Below are positions 37,097 through 45,850 of a stretch of DNA of 64,000 nucleotides, piece after piece. The notes under the pieces are model-generated. The model saw only the letters and a program-made list of their open reading frames with translations. It was not told the origin of the DNA and did no database searches. Every line of letters begins with the position of its first letter. Position 1 is the stretch's first letter. The DNA comes from Thermoleophilia bacterium. GTDB taxonomy: Bacteria > Actinomycetota > Thermoleophilia > Gaiellales > Gaiellaceae. The position numbers and the translations under genes were made by a program. The stretch spans positions 46,531 to 110,530 of the forward strand of contig JADGPD010000001.1 of the NCBI GenBank assembly GCA_017882615.1. Reading direction: 5' to 3'.

Positions 37097-37855
37097 TTAC
37101 GAGCGCGTGCCGGCTGAGAGTGCGTCTCTCAGCGCCTTCGATTGCTCGATCACGTCGGCATGCCCCGCGTACAGCTCGGCGTGCCCGTCGGTCAGGTGTT
37201 GGGCGAAGGCCGGATCGCCCGCCGCCGCGCGATCTCTGATCAGCGCGGCGAGCCAGCGCAGGCGTTCGACGATCGCCTCGGGCAGGCGCGCCTTCTCCTC
37301 GCGGCCGAGTCCGTATGCGTCGGCGAACGCGAGCACGCGCCCGGCGTCCTGTGCGCTGAGTTCTCTGAGCGGCTCGCGGATCAGGCAGAAGCGATAGGCG
37401 GAGTAGGCGACGTCGTACAGGCGCGGGCCCGGACGGGCGGTGTCGAAGTCGATCCAGGCCACCGGCACGCCGCCTCGGAAGACGCAATTGTAGGGCGCCG
37501 CGTCTCCATGAAGAACGACCTCCGCCGGCTGCTCGGCAGGGAACTGCCAGACGAGGCCGGACGGATCGAACCCGGCCGCGGCGTCGTGGTAGCCGCGCAG
37601 CAGGCGCGCCGCGGCGAGCACCGTGCCCAGGTCGATATCTGCCCCCTCCGCGTCCTCGACCGTCCCCTCGACCCAGCCGAGCACCTCAGAGCCGGCCTCT
37701 AGCCCGAACGGCTCCGGGGCGCCTTCGAAGCCGGCGCGGCGAATGTGCTCGAGCAGCCGCAGCACCGATTGCGACCAGGGCCGCTCCGGCCGGTAGAGGC
37801 GATCGCCGCGGCGAACGACCTCGTTTATCCCTCCGTGGAGAATCTGCTCGTCCAT
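37097..37855 (-). CDS. Aminoglycoside phosphotransferase (APH) family kinase-like protein
   Basis: 252 aa from MDEQILHGG. Catalytic-loop-like VLHGDAAPYN and IDFDTA motifs. Confidence 0.65.
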   Translation of the reverse strand: MDEQILHGGINEVVRRGDRLYRPERPWSQSVLRLLEHIRRAGFEGAPEPFGLEAGSEVLGWVEGTVEDAEGADIDLGTVLAAARLLRGYHDAAAGFDPSGLVWQFPAEQPAEVVLHGDAAPYNCVFRGGVPVAWIDFDTARPGPRLYDVAYSAYRFCLIREPLRELSAQDAGRVLAFADAYGLGREEKARLPEAIVERLRWLAALIRDRAAAGDPAFAQHLTDGHAELYAGHADVIEQSKALRDALSAGTRS

Positions 37856-37900
37856 GGCCGGCGAATCATCGCAGTCGCGGCGGCTCGATATCTTGTTCTT

Positions 37901-38260
37901 GTGGATGCCGAGATCGCCGAACGACTCATTCGCCGCTACGTCGAGGGCTGGTGCAAGGGCGACGCGGCGATGATCCTCGCTTCGGTCAGCGAGGACTGCG
38001 TGGTCATCGAGTCGCACGGCCCCACCTACCGCGGCAAGGATCAGATCGGGCGCTGGGTCGATACCTGATTCAGCGACGGTGGCGAGGTGCTCGCCTGGGA
38101 GATTCGCTCGCTCGAGGTCCTCGGGGATAGCGGTTTCTTCGAGTGGTCGTTCGCTTGCGCGTGGCTCGGGGAGAGATACGACTTCGAGGGCGCCTCGATT
38201 GTTCGCTTCAAGGAGAGCCTGATCTCCTATCTCTGCGAGTACGCGACCACCGCGCCGCTG
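37901..38260 (+). pseudogene. NTF2/SnoaL-like protein gene interrupted by an in-frame TGA and lacking a recognisable native 3' end
   Basis: A GTG at 37901 gives ..AERLIRRYVEGWCKGD..RGKDQIGRWVDT, then TGA (38066-38068), then in the same frame FSDGGEVLAWEIRSLEV..FEWSF..ASIVRFKESLISYLCEY. Beyond about 38260 the frame runs through AT-richer sequence into the next gene. Confidence 0.5.
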
Positions 38261-38339
38261 CTCTTCTTATTTTCCGGAAAACCGACCTTCTGTCTCACGG
38301 TCAGGTGCGATAAGTTGTTTCCGACGTGGGGGCGCGGCT

Positions 38340-41300
38340 GTGACCAAGCCTCGGCTGCTGGTTGGGGGACTGGCGCTGATCGCCGCTGCCCTCGCGGCCG
38401 GTGCTTTTATTGTCCTTCGCTCCGGATCCGGTGGTGGCGGCGGCGGCGGCGGCGGAAACGACTCCGCCGTTGACAAGGCGATCGTCGTCGAAGCCGGGAA
38501 GAAATCGGCGGCAGGATTCGAGCTCGGCGGCGAGGGGCACGCGGCGAAGCTGCTCGAAACGGTCGGCTCCTCGGCGCGGATCGTCTTCAGCTCGCAGACC
38601 CCGAGCGAGGTCACCTTGACACGCGGAGTCCCGCTCGAAGTCGACCTGAACTCCGACTCGGTCGCCGACGCGACTGTCACCCTGACCAAGGCCTCGCAGG
38701 ACTCCGCGCAGCTCGAGATCGCGCCCATCAGCCGGCGCAGCTGGGACGAAAGCTCGTTCGAGACGAGGGGCGGCTTTCGCCCCTACAACCATTGGAACAA
38801 CTCGGGCGACGAGGACTTCTCGGTCGTGCCGCAGGGTGGCCCCAATCTGCTGCTCTACGTCTCCGGCGACGGCAAGCTCAACTGGGAACGCTATGACCCC
38901 TCCGGCGCGCTCGTGACCTCGCCGTCGCTCGCGCTCGGCACGCTCGATACGGGCCTTGGCGATGCCGGCAGGGTCAACTCCGTCGACGGCGCGATGGTCG
39001 GGGGCAGGCTCGCGGCCGTGGTCGCGAGCGCCCGGACCGGAGTGTCGCTTCGTAGCTACGACGAGAATCTCGTCGGCGCGGGCCAGGCCTTGTACATAGG
39101 GAAGCAATTGGCGAACCCGATCGTCGTTCCGGTGGGCGAGCGCGCCTATGTGATCGCCTCCGGCAAGTTCGATCCTCCCCAGAACGAAGGCGGCCCCGCT
39201 CGCCTGATCGCGACCGAGGCCGATCTGAACGATGGGCCGATCATCGTTCGCCAGAAGGCGGTGACGAACCCGCAGGGTCGTGAGCTCGACATCGCCTCCG
39301 ACGCCGCGCTCGATTCGGCCAGTGGACGTCTCGTTGTCGCCTACAAGCATCGCCTGCCCAACAACAAGGTCGAGATCCGGCTCTCGGCCCTCGACCCCGA
39401 GACGCTCGCCCCGTCCTGGACCTCCGTCGTGGCGCCCGGCGCCGGGCGCGGCGTCACTCCAAACGTCTGCGTCGCCGCCTCGGGCGGGAAGGCGACAGTT
39501 GTCTGGATCCGAAACAGCGCCGCCGAGGGCGGCCAGCAGCTCAACGTGGTCAGCGCCGACATGGCGAGCGGCAAGCTCAGCCCGATCTGGGGCGGCCCGG
39601 CCGCGAGCTCCTCACCGCGGATGGTCGATCTGCTCCCCTGCGAGCTGGTGCAGAGCGGCTCCGCGCTTTCCTTCGCGTACTTCGACACCTATGCCAAGCC
39701 CGATGCCCCGGCCGGCTCGCCCGATCGCGGCCGCTTCGTGCTCTGGCCCTGGAACGGCAGCGCCTGGGCCGGCCGCTCGACCATCCTCGAGGGCGGCAAG
39801 CCGCTCTACGCCGACCCGATGTTCGACCTGAACGCCTTTGCACAGGTGCCGCTCAAGGCGATCTGCGGTGCGCCGGTTGCGCTCAAAGGCACGATCGTCA
39901 ACCGCGGCTCGCGTCCCGCCCGGGCGGTCACGGTGAGCGCGAGCGTGGGCGGGCAGGAGGCCGGTTCCGTCACGCTCGGCACGGTCGCCGCCGCATCGAG
40001 CGCCGACTTCTCCATACCTTGGACGGTGCCGCCGGGCACGACCGAGGAGCTGGTCAACGTCTCCTTCGCTCTCACGACCACGAGCGATCAGTACACCACC
40101 GGAAACGACAGCGCGAGCTCGACCATCGCGGTGCGCCAGAAGGGCCTCGTCATGGGCCGCGTCGTCAACGCGTCCTCGGACATCAAGCACGAGACACACT
40201 GGTACCCGGGGCTCGAGAACGCCGTCGTCACGATCGGCGGCCGAACGGTGCTTACGGACGTGGCCGGCGCTTTCACGATCGAGGATCTCCCCTTCGGCAG
40301 CTACCCGGTCGCGGTCGAGAAGGAAGGCTTCAACCGGCTCGAGACTCAGGTAACGGTCTCGCGCACCAAGCCGCTCGCCTTCGTCTCGGCCGAGATGGAC
40401 GACCACGGCGTGATCACGCTCCAGGTGGTGGACGACTCTGGCAAGCCGCTCGAGGGCGTCGACGTCTATCTGCACGACTACGACGAGCAGGAACGCACGC
40501 CGTCGAGCGGCGAGTTGAGTTGGGATATCTCGGCTCGCGCTTACTCGTTCTCGTTCGTCAAGCGCGGTTACCGTTCCGTACCCGACCGGCAGATCGCGGT
40601 GACGCTCGGCGAGGAGCGCACCGAGACGATCACCATGGAAGAGATCAAGACCGCCCTCCTCGGAGGTCGCGTCATCGACAAGAAGGGCGCTCCAGTGAGT
40701 AGCGCCACGGTCACGATCACAAACGCGCACGACGAGGTGGTTGCCCGACCGGTCGTGAGCGCGGGAGGCACCTTCGAGCCGGTCGAGCTGCCCGCAAAGC
40801 CCGCCCAGCGCTATACGGTCACCGTCTCGGGTAACGGACTCACGGTCACCGAAGCTGTACTGCTCTACGGTGGCGACGATCTCTTCATGACCTACGGGCT
40901 CGTGCCCGATCGCGGCGAGGCGCGCGTGCGCTCGGCCACCGAGGGCTACACCTCCTGGATGATCAAGGCCGGCTGGCCGGGTCTGGGCCCGGTCTCCGGC
41001 ACCGACATGTACGTCTGGTACGGCAACTACGCGATCAGCGTCGGCGCCGAATACTGGAAGGGAACCGACGAGCTCTCGGCCGTGGACGTGACGGCCTGGG
41101 GCGGTACCTATGAGACTCACGCGACCAAGTCGGAGATCGACTTCTCGGGCTGGTTCGAGCCGCCGGATACGGGCAGCGTCTTCGATCTCACCAAATGGGC
41201 CGATATCCCCAGCACCCTAGCCACGGAACATTCGAGCGACCTGCTCGATATCGCCGGCGCGCTCGTGGACGGCTTCTCGGGAGACGAGGCCGATGACGAC

Positions 41301-41819
41301 TCGGTCGTGACCGGCCAGGGCGAAGAACTCCTCACCTGGAAGGAGGCCCGCAGCGACTTCAGTCCCGAGCCGGAGTTCGACTCCTCGGCGCCGCTCGAGT
41401 CGATGTGGAGCGTGGTCGACGCGGTGCCGAGCTCGTTCGCCATCCCAGTTGTGATCGGCGGCAGCAGCGAGCAACAGACCGCGGTGCGCGTCGATCAGGT
41501 CGATGTCGTCAGGCTCGGCAGCGGCTCGCCCATTGCGCTGAACGGGCCGGAGGCGGAGTGGTACTCGTACCAGGGGCCCGAGGGCACGGAGAACCAAAAC
41601 GGCAAGCGCTACGAGGTGGCGCAGGCGGATGTGCCCTACGACGAGGTGGTGGTCTACGTCTGGCTGACGGTGCAGAAGTACTGGCAGGGCGCTCCCGGCG
41701 GCACCTGCTTCCAGCAGCGCCAGCAGCAGGTCATAGTCTTCCATCCCGGCCCGCAGCGGATGCAGGGCTTCATCGCCCCCGGCGATCTCTATCGCGACTC
41801 GTCGCGCATGGCGTTCTAG
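38340..41819 (+). CDS. Large (1159 aa) membrane-anchored/secreted surface protein with CARDB-like and carboxypeptidase-regulatory-like Ig-fold modules and unknown N- and C-terminal regions
   Basis: N-terminal anchor LLVGGLALIAAALAAGAFIVL followed by a Gly9 linker. A mid-region CARDB-like segment (ALKGTIVNRGSRPARAVTVSASVGG...FSIPWTVPPG). At least three G-R-V-(V/I)-x...G-x-(F/Y) carboxypeptidase-regulatory-like modules. Confidence 0.8.
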   Translation: MTKPRLLVGGLALIAAALAAGAFIVLRSGSGGGGGGGGGNDSAVDKAIVVEAGKKSAAGFELGGEGHAAKLLETVGSSARIVFSSQTPSEVTLTRGVPLEVDLNSDSVADATVTLTKASQDSAQLEIAPISRRSWDESSFETRGGFRPYNHWNNSGDEDFSVVPQGGPNLLLYVSGDGKLNWERYDPSGALVTSPSLALGTLDTGLGDAGRVNSVDGAMVGGRLAAVVASARTGVSLRSYDENLVGAGQALYIGKQLANPIVVPVGERAYVIASGKFDPPQNEGGPARLIATEADLNDGPIIVRQKAVTNPQGRELDIASDAALDSASGRLVVAYKHRLPNNKVEIRLSALDPETLAPSWTSVVAPGAGRGVTPNVCVAASGGKATVVWIRNSAAEGGQQLNVVSADMASGKLSPIWGGPAASSSPRMVDLLPCELVQSGSALSFAYFDTYAKPDAPAGSPDRGRFVLWPWNGSAWAGRSTILEGGKPLYADPMFDLNAFAQVPLKAICGAPVALKGTIVNRGSRPARAVTVSASVGGQEAGSVTLGTVAAASSADFSIPWTVPPGTTEELVNVSFALTTTSDQYTTGNDSASSTIAVRQKGLVMGRVVNASSDIKHETHWYPGLENAVVTIGGRTVLTDVAGAFTIEDLPFGSYPVAVEKEGFNRLETQVTVSRTKPLAFVSAEMDDHGVITLQVVDDSGKPLEGVDVYLHDYDEQERTPSSGELSWDISARAYSFSFVKRGYRSVPDRQIAVTLGEERTETITMEEIKTALLGGRVIDKKGAPVSSATVTITNAHDEVVARPVVSAGGTFEPVELPAKPAQRYTVTVSGNGLTVTEAVLLYGGDDLFMTYGLVPDRGEARVRSATEGYTSWMIKAGWPGLGPVSGTDMYVWYGNYAISVGAEYWKGTDELSAVDVTAWGGTYETHATKSEIDFSGWFEPPDTGSVFDLTKWADIPSTLATEHSSDLLDIAGALVDGFSGDEADDDSVVTGQGEELLTWKEARSDFSPEPEFDSSAPLESMWSVVDAVPSSFAIPVVIGGSSEQQTAVRVDQVDVVRLGSGSPIALNGPEAEWYSYQGPEGTENQNGKRYEVAQADVPYDEVVVYVWLTVQKYWQGAPGGTCFQQRQQQVIVFHPGPQRMQGFIAPGDLYRDSSRMAF
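38430..38456 (+). repeat. Coding GGY trinucleotide microsatellite (GGT x2, GGC x6, GGA) encoding Gly9
   Basis: Read directly. Six perfect GGC units at 38436-38453. Confidence 0.9.
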
Positions 41820-41868
41820 TTCGCGCACGCTCTCCGGCGGCGTGTTTGCGTCGAGCGGGTGCGCGAAC
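41819..41868 (+). terminator. Long hairpin overlapping the stop of the 1159-aa gene
   Basis: GTTCGCGCAC(GCTC)...(GAGC)GGGTGCGCGAAC, a perfect 10-bp outer stem, followed downstream by GCGCTTTTCCGTTTCG. Confidence 0.5.
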
Positions 41869-41951
41869 GGCGGCGCTTTTCCGTTTCGCCAAAGCCGGAT
41901 ACGGCGATAAGTAGAACTCTGTCCCAGCATCGATTTGCGAGAAGGCGCCAA

Positions 41952-42122
41952 ATGAGCAAATTGCACAAGAAGCCGAAGAGCGCGGAAGGCGAGAGCGCCG
42001 AGCACAAGCCGCACACTCACAAATGGAACGACGAGAACAAGTGTGAGATCTGCGGAGCCAGTCCGATCGCTGGTCGGGCCTACAACGACATGTTCCGGCA
42101 AGGCAGCCGACCCTCCGCCTGA
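41952..42122 (+). CDS. Small basic hypothetical protein (56 aa) with CEIC motif
   Basis: MSKLHKKPKSAEGESAEHKPHTHKWNDENKCEICGAS..., located in a visibly AT-richer patch. Coding status uncertain. Confidence 0.35.
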   Translation: MSKLHKKPKSAEGESAEHKPHTHKWNDENKCEICGASPIAGRAYNDMFRQGSRPSA

Positions 42123-42195
42123 CCGTATGCGGCTCGGTTATGCGCCGGCGTTGGCGCCGGCGTAGCCGAGTCGTCCGTTTGGAGGCGAACCTCCG

Positions 42196-42615
42196 TCACG
42201 CCTCGGCCGAGGCGGGCGGCTCGCTGTAGCCGACCAGGCGCAAGAGAAGCTCGAGCGACTGCTCGGGACCGGGCCAGAGCTCCCGAATCGCTTGCTCGTT
42301 GCCGCGGAGCAGGTGGCGAAGGACGAAGGCCAGAATGATCGCGTCGTCGAGTTGCCCGATCACCGGAATGAAGTCGGGCACGAGGTCGAAGGGGAGCGCC
42401 AAGTAGCCGGCAGTCCCTGCGAGTAGCAGCTTGCGGCGGCGCGGCACGCGCGGGTCGCGCAGGAGCCGCCCGACCAGGACGACGCAGTCGGGGATGAAGC
42501 CGGCAAGCGCCCGCGCCTTCGTGCGACCACCCACGAGGTAGAAAACGAGGACGACCACGCCCCAGACGAGCGCGAGCGCGCCAAGCAATACGAGTATCCA
42601 AAGCTGCCAAGCCAT
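42196..42615 (-). CDS. DUF1232 (YkvA-like) membrane protein
   Basis: 139 aa. YLALPFDLVPDFIPVIGQLDDAII is the DUF1232 signature. Confidence 0.75.
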   Translation of the reverse strand: MAWQLWILVLLGALALVWGVVVLVFYLVGGRTKARALAGFIPDCVVLVGRLLRDPRVPRRRKLLLAGTAGYLALPFDLVPDFIPVIGQLDDAIILAFVLRHLLRGNEQAIRELWPGPEQSLELLLRLVGYSEPPASAEA

Positions 42616-42785
42616 AAATGGGCGTCTGAGCGGACGTTACCGCTAAGGCGACTGCTTGCAGACTTGGCGCGCCGCTCGCGCTGCTGCTCATTCCGACTCG
42701 CGCCGGAACAGACAGGAAGCGAAACACATAGGGGTTCGCCCGCGGCGGCGGGTTTTGCGACGAGACCATCGGGCAAACCGAAACG

Positions 42786-44231
42786 GTGTCGCAGAGGATT
42801 ACCGCCGGCGCCGTGGTTACGGTCGCACTTCTCGTAGTCGCATGTGGCGGCCGTGTTGCTCCGGCCGGCTCGTCCGAAACCGGTGCCGCGGCGAGAGGTG
42901 TCGTCAGCGGGCACGACTGGACACGCTTCAACTGGGATGCACGGCGGAGCGGCGCGGTGACGTTTGCGACCGGCATAACTGCTGCAAACGTCTCCGGACT
43001 GAAGCGGCAGCAGGTGCGACTCCCCGGCACCGTCGACTCCTCGGCGATCTACCTGCATGGCGTGAAGATCCGCGGTGTGACGCGGGACGCCTTCTTCGTT
43101 ACGACGACCTACGGGATCACGCTGGCGATCGACGCCGCGAAGGGGTCGATCCTCTGGAAGTGGACGCCACCCGGGTACCGCAGTTGGGCTGGCTCGGTGC
43201 AGATCACTACCGCGACCCCGGTCGCCGATCCGAGCCGCCTCTGGATCTACGCTTCCTCGCCCGACGGCCGCATCCAGAAGCTGTCGGTAGCCAATGGGCA
43301 CGCCGCGTGGCGCGTCTCGATCACCAAGCTCCCGCAGCGCGAGAAGATCACGTCGTCGCTCAACTTTGCGAACGGGCACGTGATCGCGACCACCGGCGGC
43401 TACATCGGCGATAAGCCGCCCTACCAGGGACACATCGCGATCATTTCGCCGGGCGGCCGGCTCCTGCAGGTGTGGAACTCGCTCTGCTCCAACCGGCACG
43501 GCCTGATCGTGCCCAGCTCGTGCACCTCCAGCGACTCGGCGATCTGGGGTCGCGCCGGCGCCGTCGTCGTCCCGAGCAGCGGCGACCTGCTCGTCGCCAC
43601 CGGCAATGGGCCCTGGAACGGCACTACCGACTGGGGCGATTCGGTGCTTCTGCTACCGCCCTCCGCGACCAAGCTGATCGGCAACTACACCCCGGTCAAC
43701 ACCGCGCAGCTGAACGCGACCGACCTGGATGTCGGCTCCACTTCTCCGGTGCTGCTCACATCCAGTCTCGTCGCGCAGGGCGGTAAGGACGGAAAGATCC
43801 GTTTGTTGAGCATGAGCCGCCTACGAGGCACGGCGCCGCACAAGGGCGGCGAGCTTCAGGTGGTCTCGACTCCCTCCGGTGGCGAGATGTTCACGGCGCC
43901 GGCGGTGTGGCGGACTCAGGCGGGCGTCTGGATGTTCGCCACCGACGGGGGCGGGACAACGGCCTGGAGGCTGAGCGGTAACAGGCTGCAGCAGGCCTGG
44001 CAGAACGCGAACGGCGGCACGAGCCCGATCGTCGCGGGCGGCATGCTCTGGGTCTACGACCCGAACGGCGGCCTTCGCGTCTACGCGCCGAAGACCGGGA
44101 GTCTCCTGGCCACGCTTCAAGCCGGGCCCGGCCACTGGAACAGCCCGATCGTCGTCGACGGTCGCGTCGCGCTCCCCGAGGGCAACTCGAACGATCACGC
44201 GACCAGTGGCGTGCTCGATATCTGGCGCTGA
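42786..44231 (+). CDS. PQQ-like beta-propeller repeat lipoprotein
   Basis: 481 aa. Lipobox VVAC-GG after the signal peptide, then repeated motifs of the type G..LW / DG.i..l....G...W typical of PQQ/BamB-like propellers. GTG start. Confidence 0.65.
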   Translation: MSQRITAGAVVTVALLVVACGGRVAPAGSSETGAAARGVVSGHDWTRFNWDARRSGAVTFATGITAANVSGLKRQQVRLPGTVDSSAIYLHGVKIRGVTRDAFFVTTTYGITLAIDAAKGSILWKWTPPGYRSWAGSVQITTATPVADPSRLWIYASSPDGRIQKLSVANGHAAWRVSITKLPQREKITSSLNFANGHVIATTGGYIGDKPPYQGHIAIISPGGRLLQVWNSLCSNRHGLIVPSSCTSSDSAIWGRAGAVVVPSSGDLLVATGNGPWNGTTDWGDSVLLLPPSATKLIGNYTPVNTAQLNATDLDVGSTSPVLLTSSLVAQGGKDGKIRLLSMSRLRGTAPHKGGELQVVSTPSGGEMFTAPAVWRTQAGVWMFATDGGGTTAWRLSGNRLQQAWQNANGGTSPIVAGGMLWVYDPNGGLRVYAPKTGSLLATLQAGPGHWNSPIVVDGRVALPEGNSNDHATSGVLDIWR

Positions 44232-44281
44232 TAACGCGAAGGTGGAGATTTGGCGGCGGTGGTTTACACGAAGGGGCCGAG

Positions 44282-44683
44282 ATGAACCAGACCAAGATAA
44301 AAACCAGGGCGCAGATCAGCGAGGTCGGGAGGGTGATGGTGCCGGTGACCGACCAGGATCGAGCGCTCGATTTCTACGTGGGTACGCTCGGCTTCGAGAA
44401 GCGGGCGGATACGCCCTTCGGTAAAGGAGATCGCTGGATAGAGGTCGCGCCGCCAGGAGCGGAAACCGCCATCGCACTCGTTCATCCACCCGAGGGGATG
44501 CCGATCGGTATCGACACCAACATCGCTCTCACCAGCGAGGACGTGGACGCGACTCACGAGTATCTGCGCTCGAAGGGCGTCGAAGAGGATCCCGAGGTCA
44601 TGCGGATGGGGGATCCCATCCCGCCGATGTTCTTCTTCCGCGATCCAGACGGCAACAAGCTCCTGATCGTAGAGCCGAGTTGA
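44282..44683 (+). CDS. VOC (glyoxalase/bleomycin-resistance/dioxygenase) family protein
   Basis: 133 aa with VMVPVTDQDRALDFYVGTLGFE and FFFRDPDGNKLLIVE. Confidence 0.78.
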   Translation: MNQTKIKTRAQISEVGRVMVPVTDQDRALDFYVGTLGFEKRADTPFGKGDRWIEVAPPGAETAIALVHPPEGMPIGIDTNIALTSEDVDATHEYLRSKGVEEDPEVMRMGDPIPPMFFFRDPDGNKLLIVEPS

Positions 44684-44732
44684 GCTGATAGCAGCCGAGG
44701 CCGGCCGTGGCGTCAGCGCCGCGCCCGGCCCC

Positions 44733-45656
44733 TCACTCTCTGGCGTTCACGTTCAGCAGCGGTTCGCCGGCCGCGTAGCGGCGCAGCTGCTCGCCGGCGA
44801 GGCGGTAGGCGCGATTCCGCCAGCGCGTCACCGAGCCGGCGACGTGCGGGGTGATGATGACGTTCGGCGCCTGCCAGAGCGGGTGCTCGGGCGGAAGCGG
44901 CTCGGGATCGGTGACGTCGAGAGCGGCGCGGATATGCCCCGCGCGCAGCGCTTCGACCAGCGCGTCGGTGTTCACGATGGCGCCGCGCGCCGCGTTGACG
45001 AGCAGCGCACCCTCCTTCATCCGAGCGAGGAAATCCGCGTTGACGGTTCCCCTCGTATCGGGCGTCAGCGGGGCGAGCAGGACGACCGCGTCCGCTTCCG
45101 GGAGCAGGCGGGGAAGCGCCTCCGGCGTCTCGGCATCGTGCCGTGCGTGTCTGGCTATGCCGATCGTACGCACGCCGAACGGCGCCAGGCGCGCGGCCAG
45201 CGCACGACCGATCGAGCCATGGCCGAAGATGAGGACGGTCGCACCGTCGAGGTCGTCGACGCGGCCGATCGAAGATGGGCCCGTGGTGGTCCAGTCGCCC
45301 GCGTTCGTGTCCCACTCGGCTCGCTGCTGGAGCTCGTAGAACTGCGGCAGGCGCCAGCCCAGCGCGAGCAGCGTCGCCACGACCCATTCCGAGACCGCGA
45401 TGTCATACGCGCCGCTCGCTCCACAGAGGATGACTCCCTCGGGCACGAGCGGCAGTAAGGAGTCGACCCCGGCCGAGGTCGACTGCATCACGCGAAGATT
45501 CGGCAGCTGCTCGAGCAGAGTGGGCACGTCGGCCACGAGCTCGGGCCCGAGCACGGCGAACTCGACCTCGGCGTCCGGCGCGGCGACGAGCTCGACTCCC
45601 TCGGGCAGCGGCTCGAGTTCGGCGCGGTGGGGGACGTCGGCTACCAGAACCTTCAC
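44733..45656 (-). CDS. D-isomer-specific 2-hydroxyacid dehydrogenase family protein
   Basis: NAD-binding GHGSIGRALA motif and the RG..V...AL...L..G.I..AALDV pattern. Start set at GTG 45656, which follows AAGGAG by 6 nt. Confidence 0.82.
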   Translation of the reverse strand: MKVLVADVPHRAELEPLPEGVELVAAPDAEVEFAVLGPELVADVPTLLEQLPNLRVMQSTSAGVDSLLPLVPEGVILCGASGAYDIAVSEWVVATLLALGWRLPQFYELQQRAEWDTNAGDWTTTGPSSIGRVDDLDGATVLIFGHGSIGRALAARLAPFGVRTIGIARHARHDAETPEALPRLLPEADAVVLLAPLTPDTRGTVNADFLARMKEGALLVNAARGAIVNTDALVEALRAGHIRAALDVTDPEPLPPEHPLWQAPNVIITPHVAGSVTRWRNRAYRLAGEQLRRYAAGEPLLNVNARE

Positions 45657-45850
45657 GCGATTCTCCTTTGCAAACAACCACCCACTTCGCTGTGCCAGCG
45701 CGGCGACTCAGGAAAGACGAGATCGCTGATCAGGATTCGCAGCTCGTGCGCTGAGGACGGTTTCGTCGGCATCGCGCTGAGGCGTTTGCCCGTTTGCAGC
45801 CGCTCGGTAAACGCGTTTATGCTCGCGACCAATCACTCGCGCCCTGCGGT

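Noticed and set aside
38066-38068. In-frame TGA as selenocysteine or programmed readthrough
   Set aside because: No SECIS-like hairpin is evident immediately downstream. The position fits Trp (TGG to TGA is a single transition), and the gene also lacks a native 3' end, so pseudogenisation or a sequencing error is the simpler explanation.
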